A stretch of 63,985 nucleotides of DNA, counting the filler, from Octopus bimaculoides (taxonomy: Eukaryota): the NCBI RefSeq assembly GCF_001194135.2. It is 7 parts of 7 records of this genome, joined end to end, with 100 filler letters (N's around TTAATTAATTAA, not from the genome) between each part and the next. Parts side by side here need not be neighbours in the genome. Positions count along the whole stretch, not along the records: positions 15,916 to 40,852 come from NC_068983.1; 6 more parts are not named here. One strand, given 5' to 3'. The position numbers and the translations under genes are program-made. The stretch's first letter is position 1; every line of letters begins with the position of its first letter. Shown one piece after another: positions 25,991 to 40,317 of this stretch. The notes beneath the pieces were generated by a model, which was not told the DNA's origin, ran no database searches, and saw nothing but the letters and a program-made list of their open reading frames with translations.

Positions 25991-28357
25991 NNNNNNNNNN
26001 NNNNNNNNNNNNNNNNNNNNNNNNNNNNNNNNNNNNNNNNNNNNNNNNNNTATACATATATATACTATATACCTGACGAGTTGAACAGTCATCGAAACAT
26101 TAGTTTAACTTGCGGTAAATATTCCAGATTTTCTTAATGAGTCATATTTGAGGCCACTCCTTCCCTTTCCTTTTAAAGCCACATAGATATAATATTATAG
26201 CACCGACTACTTGCTAAGTTACTTTACATTCTTAGTAGCTAATTATTTTTATCAGCAGTTTAGTGTAATGTGGTTCTATCTACTGTGTGTGTGTATGTGT
26301 GTGTGTGCATGTGTGTGTGTGTGTGTGTGTGCGTGTGCGTGTGTTACCTTGATTGTATTTTATAAAAGGGTTCCACTCGTGATTTTCTTGTCGTTTTGTA
26401 TATCAGAGTCTACATTATGCAATGAGCCCATTGCTTTTCAAGACAATATGATGTGATTTAATGGATATTTAACTGCAATTCTAGCTACATCTTTCTGGTA
26501 ATTTCATGTTCTATGACACTTGGTTGCAGCTGTTTATTAAAATATATAGCTGTCAAACTACAGAGATTAAATTAAAAAAAAAAAAATAATAATTTTTTTA
26601 CGATCAGAATTTTACTCAAATTATAAAGCTATAAACATTGGGTCCACGAATTTAGTTAACTCATAAACAACTGTGGAAATCATGAGTTGCTACAATTACA
26701 TTGATGATGATATAAATTCTTGTACAATGAAAATGGTGTCAAGTGATTGTGCTGTTAAGTTGAAGAACAGAAAGGGAAATTCGATATTCACTGTTTCGTG
26801 CCTGACTAAATATGTAATGAGAAGATTAAAAAAAAAAAAGACAAAACCAGGTTAAATGCAATGCAACAACTGATCAGTAAGAAAAGGACATCAGAAATAA
26901 TTACTATCTATAATCTTAAAAAGACGATCTCATAGTTTATAGTTGTCAAGAGGGAAGTATCGTACATTTTCGAGAACCTTAGTGTATCACCCATATTTTG
27001 AATATTTAACTTTGTTGATGGTTTTTTTTCTTTTTTTCTTTTTTATAAAAGTTCACTTTTGATTTTTTTTGTTGCTTTGGTTAATACTGATTTTCCCAGT
27101 TTCAAATATTGGGCAAAGCTCAGTGTCAGAAAAAATTAATTGGAGGATACTGATATAAATGATATTATCGGAAGAATTGAATTGTAGTATTTGACTTGTT
27201 GGTTACTTTAGAACATATTTGTCGACAGGAACTGAACAGAACATAACTTTATAGCAAAAAATTCAGTTACAGTCTATCAACATCATGATAAATATTTCTC
27301 TTTTAAGAGATATGATATTAGGATATGAAATTTAAGCACATATAAGAACTTTTATTGGGTTTTAATTCTAGAAAGATAAAATAATATACCCGGAAACTTA
27401 TAAAGAGTGTGAAGGAGCACTAATACCAGAATATTACTTCTGTTTGTCGTTGCAAACTGTTGTTCTTTTATTTTTAGTTAATTCAGAAATATTGTTTATT
27501 TTTTGTCTCTTATAATCTTTTATATCCTTTATTTTGTAGTTATTCGAAAACGCCACAACACTCAACTTTCTTTCCACAAAATAGTTGCCATGTTTATTGT
27601 ATTTTGGTTTAACTTTGATGACTGTGATTCTTTTATTCATATTCTTGACTAACGTTTAATGAGATAAATTACAACTATCAACAAATTAGAGAGCCCATGT
27701 TATAGTCAAGAGTATTGTATTGGTGTGTATAAGGTTATTTCAGCGCTGTTGATGATTAATAGTCAGAAACAGATTATCGGTATGTGTCTTACAATAACCG
27801 AAAAACAGATTATTGTCTCTGTTCTAATTATTCTCGAATGTAAAATTTAAAATAGAATTCGCCAAAACATAAATCCCTTTCCTTAGGAGTTCACATGTTA
27901 GTGTTTGATTATCAAATATTTGGTGAGAATATAGCCCGATTGTGTACAAAACCTACTACCTAATGGTACAAGAGAGTTAGTCAAATGTCATTATGCCGTT
28001 ATTCTTTAAATTTTTACATTAAAATAATAGTTTTGTTAACCCTCAAATGTGGCATGCTACATTAAAATTTCAACTTAGGATTATAACTTGTCTTTTATCA
28101 TGCTATTTATATAATTTACTGCTATTTTACTACTGAGCAGTTACAACACATTTAAATCTGATATATTGTGATATTCGTTTAGCTTTCTTAATATCACTTC
28201 CTAGTTTGCGATGTCACATCGAAGTACACAAGATTCGGAATATGGCATATTTACTCTTACGTTAATTGACCTTTAAAAGAATGTATTAGCAGTTTGTAGC
28301 TGATAGTACAAAATCACAGTTTAAACTTATCTTCATTAATTCAAATTATTGTATTTA

Positions 28358-28459
28358 ATGATGATGATGACGACGACGACGACGACAACGACGATGACGA
28401 CGACGACGATAACGACGACGATGACGACGATGACGACGACGAAGACAATGACAATGATG
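28358..28459. repeat. (GAT)n/(GAC)n microsatellite
   Basis: Directly visible. Confidence 0.95.
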
Positions 28460-31159
28460 CAATTATTTTTTACGCATCTGCTAAATTTACTTTCCATCAT
28501 ATAAGATAATATAATTTTGCTTACAAGTTATTAACTTTTTTATTTGAACGATGACCACTTCTATGTCTAACAAAAGTATTTTCCTTGGAAATAGGTTACA
28601 AAAAATATAGGTTTTCATGAAAATCATATTTTTATTTAGTAGCTATAAAATCTTTTATCATTCATATGTTCATGTACGCTGGAATCAATTCACAGGAATG
28701 AATGAGAAATAAATGTTGCTACCATTGAATATATACGTAATTATTCATGTGTTATAGAACAAATATAACATTCATTTTGAATGCTTTGTTAAAAGATTCC
28801 GAAACGTCTAAGATTTAAGTTATAAAACTAAATTTATTCTTATATAATAATACTTTGTAGAAATCTTGATGGAGACAAGAGAAAATCATCTTATTGTTAT
28901 GTAATGGAATACTATGGTACAAACTTTGCTGTTAATCTATTCACTTTAGAAGACTGAATAAAACATTTGACATAAAATATGTCAGCCTTTAGTCAATTAT
29001 GAATCGTTGTCCTGTTCTTCCTTTAAAACTTACTTATTCGTTTCTATGCAAATAGCTTTAGTAAGTTTGGATGAAAATCATACTGGACGTAATTTTGAAC
29101 AATTTGAAACTCAATTCAGAAGTTATATGACTTCGAACTGCTTATCAGCATTTTATAGGTTTAGCTTTGCCGAATATTCTCATAAATTTGATGCAACGAT
29201 ATCGGTCGATGGATATGATGTTGGATAGATATTTTAATGTAGAATAATAAAGTCAAAGTCATCTGCAACGAAAAATGCTGCATCTTAAGCATAAGAAATG
29301 TAAAATGCTGAGAAGATATACTTAACTGAGCCAATTATATCATTAAAAAGCATGTAGATAATGTTGATAATTTCATTAAATATTCCACGCAGACAGTACT
29401 TAAATCTGATTCGTGTAGCGCTTGAAGATGAGAGACAAATTTCCTCATGGATAGGAATATCTAATACTTTAATGCCTAATGACCGTATACAGTAGATATG
29501 AGGATGGGTATATAACATGAGAAAAGAACTTCATATTTATAAAAGGTATATATTATCCACTGAATCAACTCTCAGTAAGACTGTTATTTATTTTAACAAT
29601 CATAAGGAGATGAAAAATAAGGCTGAACGTAATGAGAATTTAAAATAAAAATGAATACTAGCGTTAATACTGCATAAACTTTGCTTCGACTATTTAAAAA
29701 AAAAATACTCGCCAGATTGTACTAATTCTGCTATATGTCTACTTATGATGAGCGAGTAAAGGTTTTATTTCCGAAAAGCTCTTATTAAAATCGTATATGG
29801 ACCTTTCAATAGCCAAAGTTGCTTGGGCGTTACAAAGTCAAAGCCACTAAATATAAACAATTTTATTGTAATGCATTCACAATAGTTGTCATAATTTAAT
29901 GACATAAATATAATTGTGAAATGAGGTTGCTGTATTGGGAAGTCAGGTGAAAAGCCAATGTTAAAAACCAAGAGTAATTTAATTCAGTATGGAATCATTC
30001 CTTTATCCTCGTAATTTCTTGCATATCAACACTGATTTTTTGATCGGTGTAAGGCTACATAAATTCAAAAACGGTACAAATGATTATAAAGATCTAAATA
30101 TTTCACTAGTACTTGTTTCATCGACCTTGTAATGGTCAAAGACGAAGTCGATCCTACCAATGTTTCAATTCAGAACAAAGGGATTTATGTGAACGTTGTT
30201 TTTCCATACGCAGCTCTTATACTCTGTATTTTTAAACTTTGAAATTTAGAGTTGAAAATATATTGAGGCATTATCACTAGGTTATTAAATTCCATCGAGA
30301 TATACTTTAATGATCATCATTCTAGGATCAATAATAATATGGTGCCAGTAGAATATTGAGGTTGATTAACTCAACTACTGTCATGTGTCAACATTAGAAG
30401 ATAGTTACAATATTTATAATAGAGAAGTGAGTAAATATTACACTCGGCAATTCTCCTTTCAAGAAACAGAATTGGTTTTGTTTCAATCTTTGTGCTGAAT
30501 CTATTGGAAATTCTAACAACTTTGAAATTATGTTTGCACTCGTACATAGCGTCATTAATTAATATTGTTGTGCTTCTGAACTCAGTTACAAATGTTTTAT
30601 TCCATTAAATGTACCTTCACCTGTTTCTGTTGTACTTTATCTTCTGCAGACATTTTCTTCACTAGCATAGCAACAAAAAAGAAAAGAAAAAAGAAGAAAA
30701 AATGTATGATTCAAGTTATTTTCCTCGATGAATTTAAAAACGTTGTCAGGTCGTTGCTTTAGTTTCTATTTTTATTTCCTTTTCGATTTATAAATGTACA
30801 ATTTATGGATTTGATAAGGTGGAAATGAACTTTGTAATTAGCATATTAATTGGATAGTTTTATTTGTGTTACTGATTCTAAATGATTATAATTTTGTTTC
30901 GGTTTTCCTGATGTTGTTATTGATGTTTTATTTAATAAGATGTGTTTCTATTACCATTGATATGACTCACGTTGCTTTCAAATTATAAAAAAATTCTCTT
31001 GGTCGCAAAATGTACCATATTAGATAAACAACATGACTGAGGTGAGAAAAATAGCTCAATCGACAGCTTTGCGTAGAAATTACATACACAGTAGAGTATC
31101 ACATATGCAATATAGTCACTCAACTACAATATCGACAAACTGTCGGATGTGGTTATATA

Positions 31160-31365
31160 TCACTTGTCACAATGCGATTCGTTGCATTATTGTAGCCTTC
31201 AGATGATGTCACCCCTCGCTAAGCAAGACGCTAGTCCGTTGCGGGATTACTCAATTACAATGTGAAATGAAGTGATTGCAGAAGTACACAACGCCCCGCC
31301 GGTCTAGAAATCGACATCACGATGTTGCGATCGAGAGTACAACCACTAAACCATGCATCTTCACA
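31160..31365 (-). mobile_element. Old SINE family C-related copy
   Basis: Minus strand GCATGGTTTAGTGGTTGTAC...GTCGATTTCTAGACCGGCGGGGCGTTGTGTACTTCTGCAATCACTTCATTTCACATT. Confidence 0.55.
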
Positions 31366-34300
31366 TGAAAATGAAAGAAATCTTCGCTCAACTGAGATCC
31401 ACCAAGTAGTTAACATGGTTATCCCCGTTGGTTTATATCACTAGAAGTTTTGTTTCCTCCTTGTTGTTTGGATAATCTCTGCTGAGCAAAGTCTTTAAAT
31501 TCATTATACTATGTATATAACATCCTGGCCGTATTAATATATGGTATGAAGATGGCTTTCCTGCAGTATTTTCTATAAGCCATAGAGATGATATTCACAA
31601 TCAGCGCCACTACATTAAACCTTGTCTGTTTATATTAACCACTTTATGTCTTGTAAACTGAGTAGAATAATCTTCACAGATGAAGTCTAATAAGATTGAA
31701 ACATGTCGTATCATGGCTTTAGAATTAGAGTCATTAAAATCTGCATTGTCTAATTTTCCCAAATTTCGATTAACTCACCTTAAAGAATTATCCCTCCTGC
31801 TAGCTGAGACAGAGTCTTGTTTGCTAACTGCAGTTCAAATCTCTTATATGGGAGCTCCTACCATTGGACAGTGTTACCCTTAACTCTACGAAAAAACAAT
31901 GAGAGATCTTCCATTTGAAATCTTCCATTTGCATTTTAGAAAATATTTGCTAGAGTTCTTTAGCCTGGAACAAGGGTCTGTGTGAATGGCCATTGGATGC
32001 CTACTGAGACTGGTAACATCGCTGAAGTTAATGGACCGCTCAAATAGTTTTAAGTTGATGGCCACAGAAAACCATGTGAAGTAAAAGAATTTCAGGAGGT
32101 AGATATTGCGGGAAAAAAGGACTGGCCGAAGATTTTTGTGTTCAGGACTTGGATGCAACATAGAAGACACGAAGAACGATGAGTAATCCGGAAGTAAGTA
32201 GATGGAAGTAACTCCAGTCCGGCCAGCTCCGAATAGCACGACTGCAATAACAGAAGAAAGGCTTTTCTGCAAGCAGATTTGAAATGCTATTGTGATGCTA
32301 AGGTATCCAAAGTATACTTCGTGATCCTAAAGATAAACACCGCGCCAACAAATGTACTTATGGATTCATTACCAGTTCGGTAAGTACGATGAAGTCCACT
32401 TCAAACTTATCTAGATTTCTCTCTCGTACTTGCTAAGAAGATTATATTAGTCATTAACAAATATCAGTTTCTTCATCGCATATTTATATCAAGATAACTT
32501 TTAATGCTATGCAGACTTGACACTTTTATATAAATTAGCAAAATAGCTCTTTTTACTTGATACAATGGTAGTACTGGTAGACTCGATTAATTTGTAGGTA
32601 TAATGCAATACCGATCAAAAAAAATCAAAAACATACAACTGAGAGTCGCATACACATATACAAATACGTATACTCACAGACACGCACAAAATCAGATATG
32701 TTATAGTCGTCGTAGTAACAATAAAGAAAGCAAAAGAATGTACGGTGTTTTGCGAGACAGGAAATGTTCGTAGAAATTCCTTTGATTCAGAAACCTTTAT
32801 TTATAAATATATTCTAATTTATCGTTTACAGAAACAGTTACACTATTCCCCACGACAGGTAAAATTTGGAAGTTTTAGGGAACAATCCGCGTCTAAAGTA
32901 TTCTTTGAATTTAGAATGAAAGCGCAAAAGGTTTTGATGTAGTTTTATAATCTAGTAGGGAGTTCTTGAATGTCAGATTTTTCTCATGATTAGATCAGAG
33001 GAGAATTTTATGAGTATTGAAAATAGTTAGAGGCGACGGATATTGGTACTGGGAAATATTCTTTCATATCTCGTTCTCTGAACTATCTATACCTAATTAA
33101 GAGACAACTATTTACAGAAACAAGCAATTAATAGAATAGTACTAGATTTATATCAATGACAGTGTCTGCAAGGTTACTGGCAAAATACAGAGCATGACAT
33201 GATGTATTTCATATATCAACAAGTAAATAGCTGATTTTGGTGTCAAAGTTCGATAGTAACTTCATGAAATGTGCACAATCTGTTTCAGAAGAAGCTGCAA
33301 AGTCAAATATTTATGTTGACTTTGCAAATACTACGCTGCAAAATATAAGATTGTATAAAGATACTTGTAAATCTATTTTAAAGAAAACATAGTTATAGAC
33401 AATGACAATTTGTGCTTAAATAGCCATATATTTAATTTGATACTCCAGCGGTATTATCAAACTTATCTGAAACTGAATTAGCTGTTAGATAGATGTTATT
33501 TATTTAAATTTTGTTCATACCAGAGACAAATTCACGAAGTCCTTCATTAAGAAATATCACGGACAATTTTATTTGTCTAAAAGCCACCACTGAAGTGTAA
33601 AGCTTTTAGTGACAATAAGTAAGAAAGAAAAGGATCTAAAGTAACTACTGGTGTTTGTATTAGCACATTGGTTATATTTTTTATTCTTGATAGTGCATAA
33701 CTTACGCTGTTGGAAGAAGTAAATTCAAACGTTTTGAATTCTTGCTCTTCATCTAGAAGTGAGAAAGGGGGCGGGGATTAACTAGTGCTATCGATTTGTT
33801 TGTAGGCAAGTAAAGGATGAGAAAATTGAAATCCGTTCTCCAAAGGAATACGAACTTATCAAATTTTTATACATTTTCAATTTTAATCCAATGACTAATC
33901 AAAGGTTATGGAGCATGTCATGTAGTAGAAAGCTCCCGGCGATTCTGTTATGCATGTTTGATATTATGTTGTGTTATTTAAGTTTATTCACTCTTCATAT
34001 CTATGATTTCCTGCCATGACTAGTCCAACGCTTTGCAACGGGTTGCATAATATTTTTGTTTCCGGTGGTTTATGAGGCGGTGACTCATAAATTCTTGCTT
34101 TCTTTAGCATTCCCTTGTTTATAGTTTTATTCATCATTTACTTTATATATAAATTCAGTTATGTTTCAGTGATTTAGTAGAATTTTATCTGAATGCTCAA
34201 ATGTTTTTCATGATTTCTTAAAATTGTAAATGGTTGTCTCTGGAGGACATAAGTGTATCATTTCATGTGATTTATTTTTAAGGCTGTTTCAGCGAAAATG

Positions 34301-37234
34301 TTGTCTAAACCTATTGATACTCTGCAATGTAAAGAATTACAGCAGATTGTATTCTTACAGCATAAGAAATAAAGGACACAGTATGTAGAGATGATGAATA
34401 CAAAAATAACAGATAGTTTTGTTTAATATAGACAGTTTTTAAACCAAAATATTTTCACTCAAGCAATTATTCTTATACCGTCATATATAACACTTTCTTT
34501 CTCTCTCTAGAGGTGACATATACTGAACCTTCAAAATTCTTTTTACTAATTTTGTGAAATACCGAATATCAACTCAAATCGAATATAAAATTGCGGAGTA
34601 GACATGCAGATTAACGTAAATACAAAAATCATCGAGGGTGTAGAATTCTTGTAGTTAGACTAAGATATCGTTAACATAACGCTTTAATTGTGAGTGTAAA
34701 AAGCAAGACAAATTGTCAGTATTTAACAAGTTTCACTCTAACTAGTACGCGCTTTCCGTTTACTTTCGAGTTTGCGTGCAAATATTTTTGCAAAGTTATA
34801 CTTCGCTGATGATACCTTTAAGAAAGGCGAAACAAAGATGAGTAATCTTGTGTACTTGTCGATGAAAGCAATCAGTTATTGTTATTATTATTTTTTTTTG
34901 CTGCATATGTGTATATATTTTGTTTAATATTCTAGTCATTAGGTGTATCTTTACGTGAATAACTATTTAAAGAAATAATGCTTTCAGTGTATCGTAGTAA
35001 TTTTAGTTAAGGTCAAGATTACTAAAACGGAAATTACAAGAAATAGTGAGTGATAAAGAAATAGGCAAGACCTATTACTGGGATGAAAAGAAATCGTTAT
35101 ATTTGTGTAATTACCATATGACTTACACAGGAGATATACTCATTATATTTCGTAAGTTGCAAGGTGACTAGCTTCACATATATACACATTGAAAACAACG
35201 ATTAAATATAGTGAAATATAGCCAATATGTAGTAAAATATTGACGTTTTTTAAATGTTGAAACGATCTACAGACGTGTGGCGACAAATCAATAAATCTTT
35301 TATGACACTGTTGTAGCATTAATGTAGCGTAGCGTTATTTGGATTTTTAATCTGTCAATACTATTAATAAAAGTTGTTGCTTGTAGAGAAGATGAAAGAA
35401 GATAAAAGAAAAATACATATATATTTTTTTGTCATATTACCTGTTTAAGGGTATTTCTTCTGGCACACCTTGCTTGGGTATTTTCGATTTGGTAGACTAA
35501 TAGCGAACTTTGAATTGATGCCTGCTCGCTGACACATGTGCTCACCACAAAGAGTGTATATAAAAGATAGGGAATACTTGAATCTGATGAGAAACACAGA
35601 CAGTTTACAATGTGGAGTGAAATGAGTCAAACTATGACCATCAGTAAAATAGTCTCACATACGCAATATAGTGAGGTGAAAGCCTTTCTTTAACTAAGTA
35701 ATTAGAAGACAAAAACTCCCACTAGATGTGTTTAAAATCTAAACGCATGTTATTGATATAGCTCTAATTATTCAAATAGATCAAAGTTTTAAATTTGACC
35801 TCTTTAGTTTATCTAGAGTTACCCTTACTTCAACGTAAATTTTTATTAGTGGTATGCAGTGTGTTGCTTTAGAGAAGATAAAATGGAGGTATATTCAGTA
35901 AAAAATCCGAAAGCGATGTAGTTTATAGAAGGAATAGTAATTGTAAAGTCTAGGTGAACAAGATCTCAGTTGAATTGCATTTTTCTGAAATATGATCGAC
36001 ACTTTTATGCGTGAGAAGCACGCTTTCACAAATATGTAAGCAGTATCTCAATGTAGGCGCACTCCTTACATAGCTGAGTTGTCAGTTGTCGTTCAGCTGT
36101 CATTTTCTCATCTTGAAAAAGAGGTTCGAAATTCGGCAAATACTTTTGGTTATGAAATCTTATAAAAGTAAACCAGAGTGTGTGAAATCAAGAAGTTGTA
36201 AAGACAGCAAATAAGGCCAAAAAGAAAGCTCTATGTAGATTTTGGACACTGTAGAAATAGCAGTGAAATCTGATACAGACGACTTGGGTGTAAAGAATAA
36301 CAATCATGAAAATTTTATTAGTATTTCTCGTCAGTAGACGCAGAGGAAGAGTAACTTTCAAAGAGAGTCTCGTCACTGTATTAAATGATTTACTGTGTTG
36401 TTGATTATCACAAATTAGTTCTGTTGCCATTTCGAAATGTCTTCTAGATCCCTGTTTATTAGAATATCTATCAGAATTGCCTTTTACTGTTAAACAATGG
36501 CATCCTTAATTAGCTTCGTGTCGAATCGAACAGTTCCACTGAGTACTTGCACCATTCGACTACCCAGATATGTTAGTAGCAGGAAATATTTCTCAAGACT
36601 TTTGATATGAAGGGATATATTGTATTATATTAGTTATTTTCAAACAGATGGGACGGGAAAAATAGTATTTGTTTAAATGTTTCCATGAACTTTGAAGTGA
36701 TTAAACAAAATAAACAGAGCAACCTTTGAAACGGTAATATAAAGTGTTATGGTATGAAGAAAAATATAACATGTTTTTGAGCATTTAATGTTCATGTGGA
36801 TTAATGTCAAGCATATAAGGTTACTATCTTCAGGAAAAGAGAAAAATAATTATCTTGTTATTGCTCAATCCCATCTGAACCCAAATAAAGCAGACCTATG
36901 ATCAGAGTCATTACAATCGCAACCATTCCATCGTTTATAAACCTTCTAGTACTATATCATTTAAGGAAATTACGTGTGATTTGAGAAATATTTGATTTCT
37001 GGATTTAGCGTAGAAGGCTCGCTTTGTCGTCCATAAAGATTTAATTTGTTATAACTTGTTTCTTTTCATTAATACTAGAAACAATTTGTTGCTAATGGGA
37101 GAGTAAAAACAGGCTACTGAAACTTAATCAGTGTATTGGTGTTGCTTAAGGTAACAATTTTTGAGATATGAATGGTAAAAATCAACTCCAGCAGGATTTG
37201 ATCTGTGAATGAAGAAGGAAAAAGTTAATTTGCT

Positions 37235-37560
37235 GAATGACAAGAACTGTAAGAGAGACGAACGAAGCCTTTCGTGGTATTTATTCAGGCAGGCAACTTG
37301 CTTTTTGAGTTCAAATACCGCCAAGGTCAACACTGTCTTTAATCCTTTCACGGTCGATAAATAAATACCAGTCTAGAGTTTTGAACTCTAGAGTAGCAAG
37401 ACAAACGGTATGCATCTCAGTATTTGTTCCTCTTCTGGCCTTTTACCAGATTCTGATTTCAAATTCCAGTCTAAAGACTTCAAGCTACTTCATTTCATCC
37501 GATCTTTCGGTGATCTAAAATCGATTTCATCTTACCCTCGGGGTTAAGCTGAAATCGGCT
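37235..37560 (+). mobile_element. Two decayed family N SINE fragments
   Basis: GAGTTCAAATACCGCCAAGGTCAACACTGTCTTTAATCCTTTCACGGTCGATAAATAAATACCAG and a weaker copy at 37,450-37,520. Confidence 0.55.
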
Positions 37561-38700
37561 CCATCTACTACTACTACTACTACTACAGTTTAAAAGTACT
37601 ACACATCATTTATCTACTATAATTGTATATTTTGTGTGCTGCTAGCAACGGTGTTGGCAACTACCACAAAGTACAAACCAGAATGTGCACCTGTACGCAG
37701 TCGCTTGATATGCTGAAAATGGTTAGGAAAAGCTTTTTGTCATTTAAATAAGTGAATCACACGTTACATAATGTAGTATTTCCGTAAAATGGATAGATGG
37801 GATGCATTTGATCAATTGAATGTTCAGGGATAGAACTAAACAACCACAACAATGGAGAGCACATTTGATGATATTCAACCGGTTGCGGTTGTAATGCTTT
37901 AGATCACAGACCTGCTCGATCAAGATTAATCGAGACTTAGCATCAACTTGAATATCTAGAAGTGCCATGAAACTGTCTGTGCCTTTACTATCCCGTCATT
38001 CCTTAGATATCATTTTAAACAAGAAATAGTTGGTTTGTCAATGACATTGAAGAAAGCTACTGTGTATCATACTGCATTTCTTTTCCTTCTAATAACAAGC
38101 AGAATAATGAATGATTTGATTACATGACACTGTGTTTTCAATTCTATAGATTCGCTTCACGGCCCTTTTCTACATGAAATTAAAGCCATTTGTTACTTTT
38201 ATATCAATTATAACTTTATCACTCGAGCATTATCATCTCCATCGGTCGTATATAGTATGTTAATAGTTTTTTTTATGTTGCTGTTTCTGAATATCACTGG
38301 CCTGTTTTTTACTGATAGTCAAGACACGTAATGGATTTACAATGCATTATTATTAAGTGAAATTTGTGCTGACCACTGTATGTAATATATAGATTTACAA
38401 TATTAACGCGCTTCATCTATAATTTATGCAGTCTTATGTAGAGTATGAGGGAAGCATGTGGCATATACCTCATTGGTATATCTATATTATGTTATCACTG
38501 AATTAGTATAATACTTCCTATTCATTAATTCCATCTTCGTATATCTGGTATATATGACGTGATATAATGCGCTATGTCATAAATATATTTATATAAATCT
38601 CAAAACAAAAGATTGGAAAGACCATATATATATCTTATATCAGATATATATATATATATGTATATATATGTATATATATATATATGTATATATATATATA

Positions 38701-38733
<33 letters not shown>

Positions 38734-40014
38734 NNNNNNNNNNNNNNNNNNNNNNNNNNNNNNNNNNNNNNNNNNNNNNNNNNNNNNNNNNNNNNNNNNN
38801 NNNNNNNNNNNNNNNNNNNNNNNNNNNNNNNNNNNNNNNNNNNNNNNNNNNNNNNNNNNNNNNNNNNNNNNNNNNNNNNNNNNNNNNNNNNNNNNNNNNN
38901 NNNNNNNNNNNNNNNNNNNNNNNNNNNNNNNNNNNNNNNNNNNNNNNNNNNNNNNNNNNNNNNNNNNNNNNNNNNNNNNNNNNNNNNNNNNNNNNNNNNN
39001 NNNNNNNNNNNNNNNNNNNNNNNNNNNNNNNNNNNNNNNNNNNNNNNNNNNNNNNNNNNNNNNNNNNNNNNNNNNNNNNNNNNNNNNNNNNNNNNNNNNN
39101 NNNNNNNNNNNNNNNNNNNNNNNNNNNNNNNNNNNNNNNNNNNNNNNNNNNNNNNNNNNNNNNNNNNNNNNNNNNNNNNNNNNNNNNNNNNNNNNNNNNN
39201 NNNNNNNNNNNNNNNNNNNNNNNNNNNNNNNNNNNNNNNNNNNNNNNNNNNNNNNNNNNNNNNNNNNNNNNNNNNNNNNNNNNNNNNNNNNNNNNNNNNN
39301 NNNNNNNNNNNNNNNNNNNNNNNNNNNNNNNNNNNNNNNNNNNNNNNNNNNNNNNNNNNNNNNNNNNNNNNNNNNNNNNNNNNNNNNNNNNNNNNNNNNN
39401 NNNNNNNNNNNNNNNNNNNNNNNNNNNNNNNNNNNNNNNNNNNNNNNNNNNNNNNNNNNNNNNNNNNNNNNNNNNNNNNNNNNNNNNNNNNNNNNNNNNN
39501 NNNNNNNNNNNNNNNNNNNNNNNNNNNTATATACATGAGTGTGTATTTATGTGTGCATAGTAAGGGGGTTACAGATCAATATCTGCACACCATGTGAGTA
39601 CCTAACATCGATAAAGAGATAAAGAGGTGCAGATTTCTTTCCGGGAGGATCAGAAAAGGAAAGAATATTCTCAAATGTTTTAATTATTTGCAATGCTGCC
39701 CTTGCATTATCCAAACGTACACCCTATACAGGAGAAAGAAGTTGCAACAGAAGTTTAACGACACGAAGCTGCGAATTTTAGCAAAAAGAAAGTTAAAGTT
39801 TACTTAGAGGTGCAGGGTGGGGGGAGGCTTTCGTAATCAATTCATTTGTCTGAATCTGACTTGTTTAGAATCCAGTGCTACTTATATTAAACGCTGGAAA
39901 TGGCGGAAATGCGAAAGAGGGCTAGGGATAAAACTGAGCTACATATTTGTCGCTTCTAGGATAACCATACTACTACTACTACTACTACTACTATATACAT
40001 ATATTCTTTTATTC

Positions 40015-40214
40015 TTTTACTTGTTTCAGTCATTTGAATGCGGCCATACTGGAGTACCGCCTTTTAATCGGACAAATCGACCCCAGGACTTATTCTTTGT
40101 AAGTCTAGTGATTATTCTACCGGTGTCTTTTGCCGAACCGCTAAGATACAGGGACTTAAACACACCAGCACCGGATGTCAAGCGATGGTAGGGGTACAAA
40201 TACAGACACACAAG

Positions 40215-40250
<36 letters not shown>
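40015..40250 (-). mobile_element. SINE family A 3' module
   Basis: CTTTTACTTGTTTCAGTCATTTGAATGCGGCCATACTGGAGTACCGCC...TTTTGCCGAACCGCTAAG followed by (CA)n. Confidence 0.85.
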
Positions 40251-40259
<9 letters not shown>

Positions 40260-40317
40260 TTTGTTTCGAATTTGTGTGAATGTGTATAGAATAATATATT
40301 AGCTGAATAAAGATAAA

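Noticed and set aside
35584-35595. CTGATGAGAAAC hammerhead-like words; also minus-strand CTGACGAGAAAT near 36,325
   Set aside because: No stem II between the conserved boxes; expected by chance
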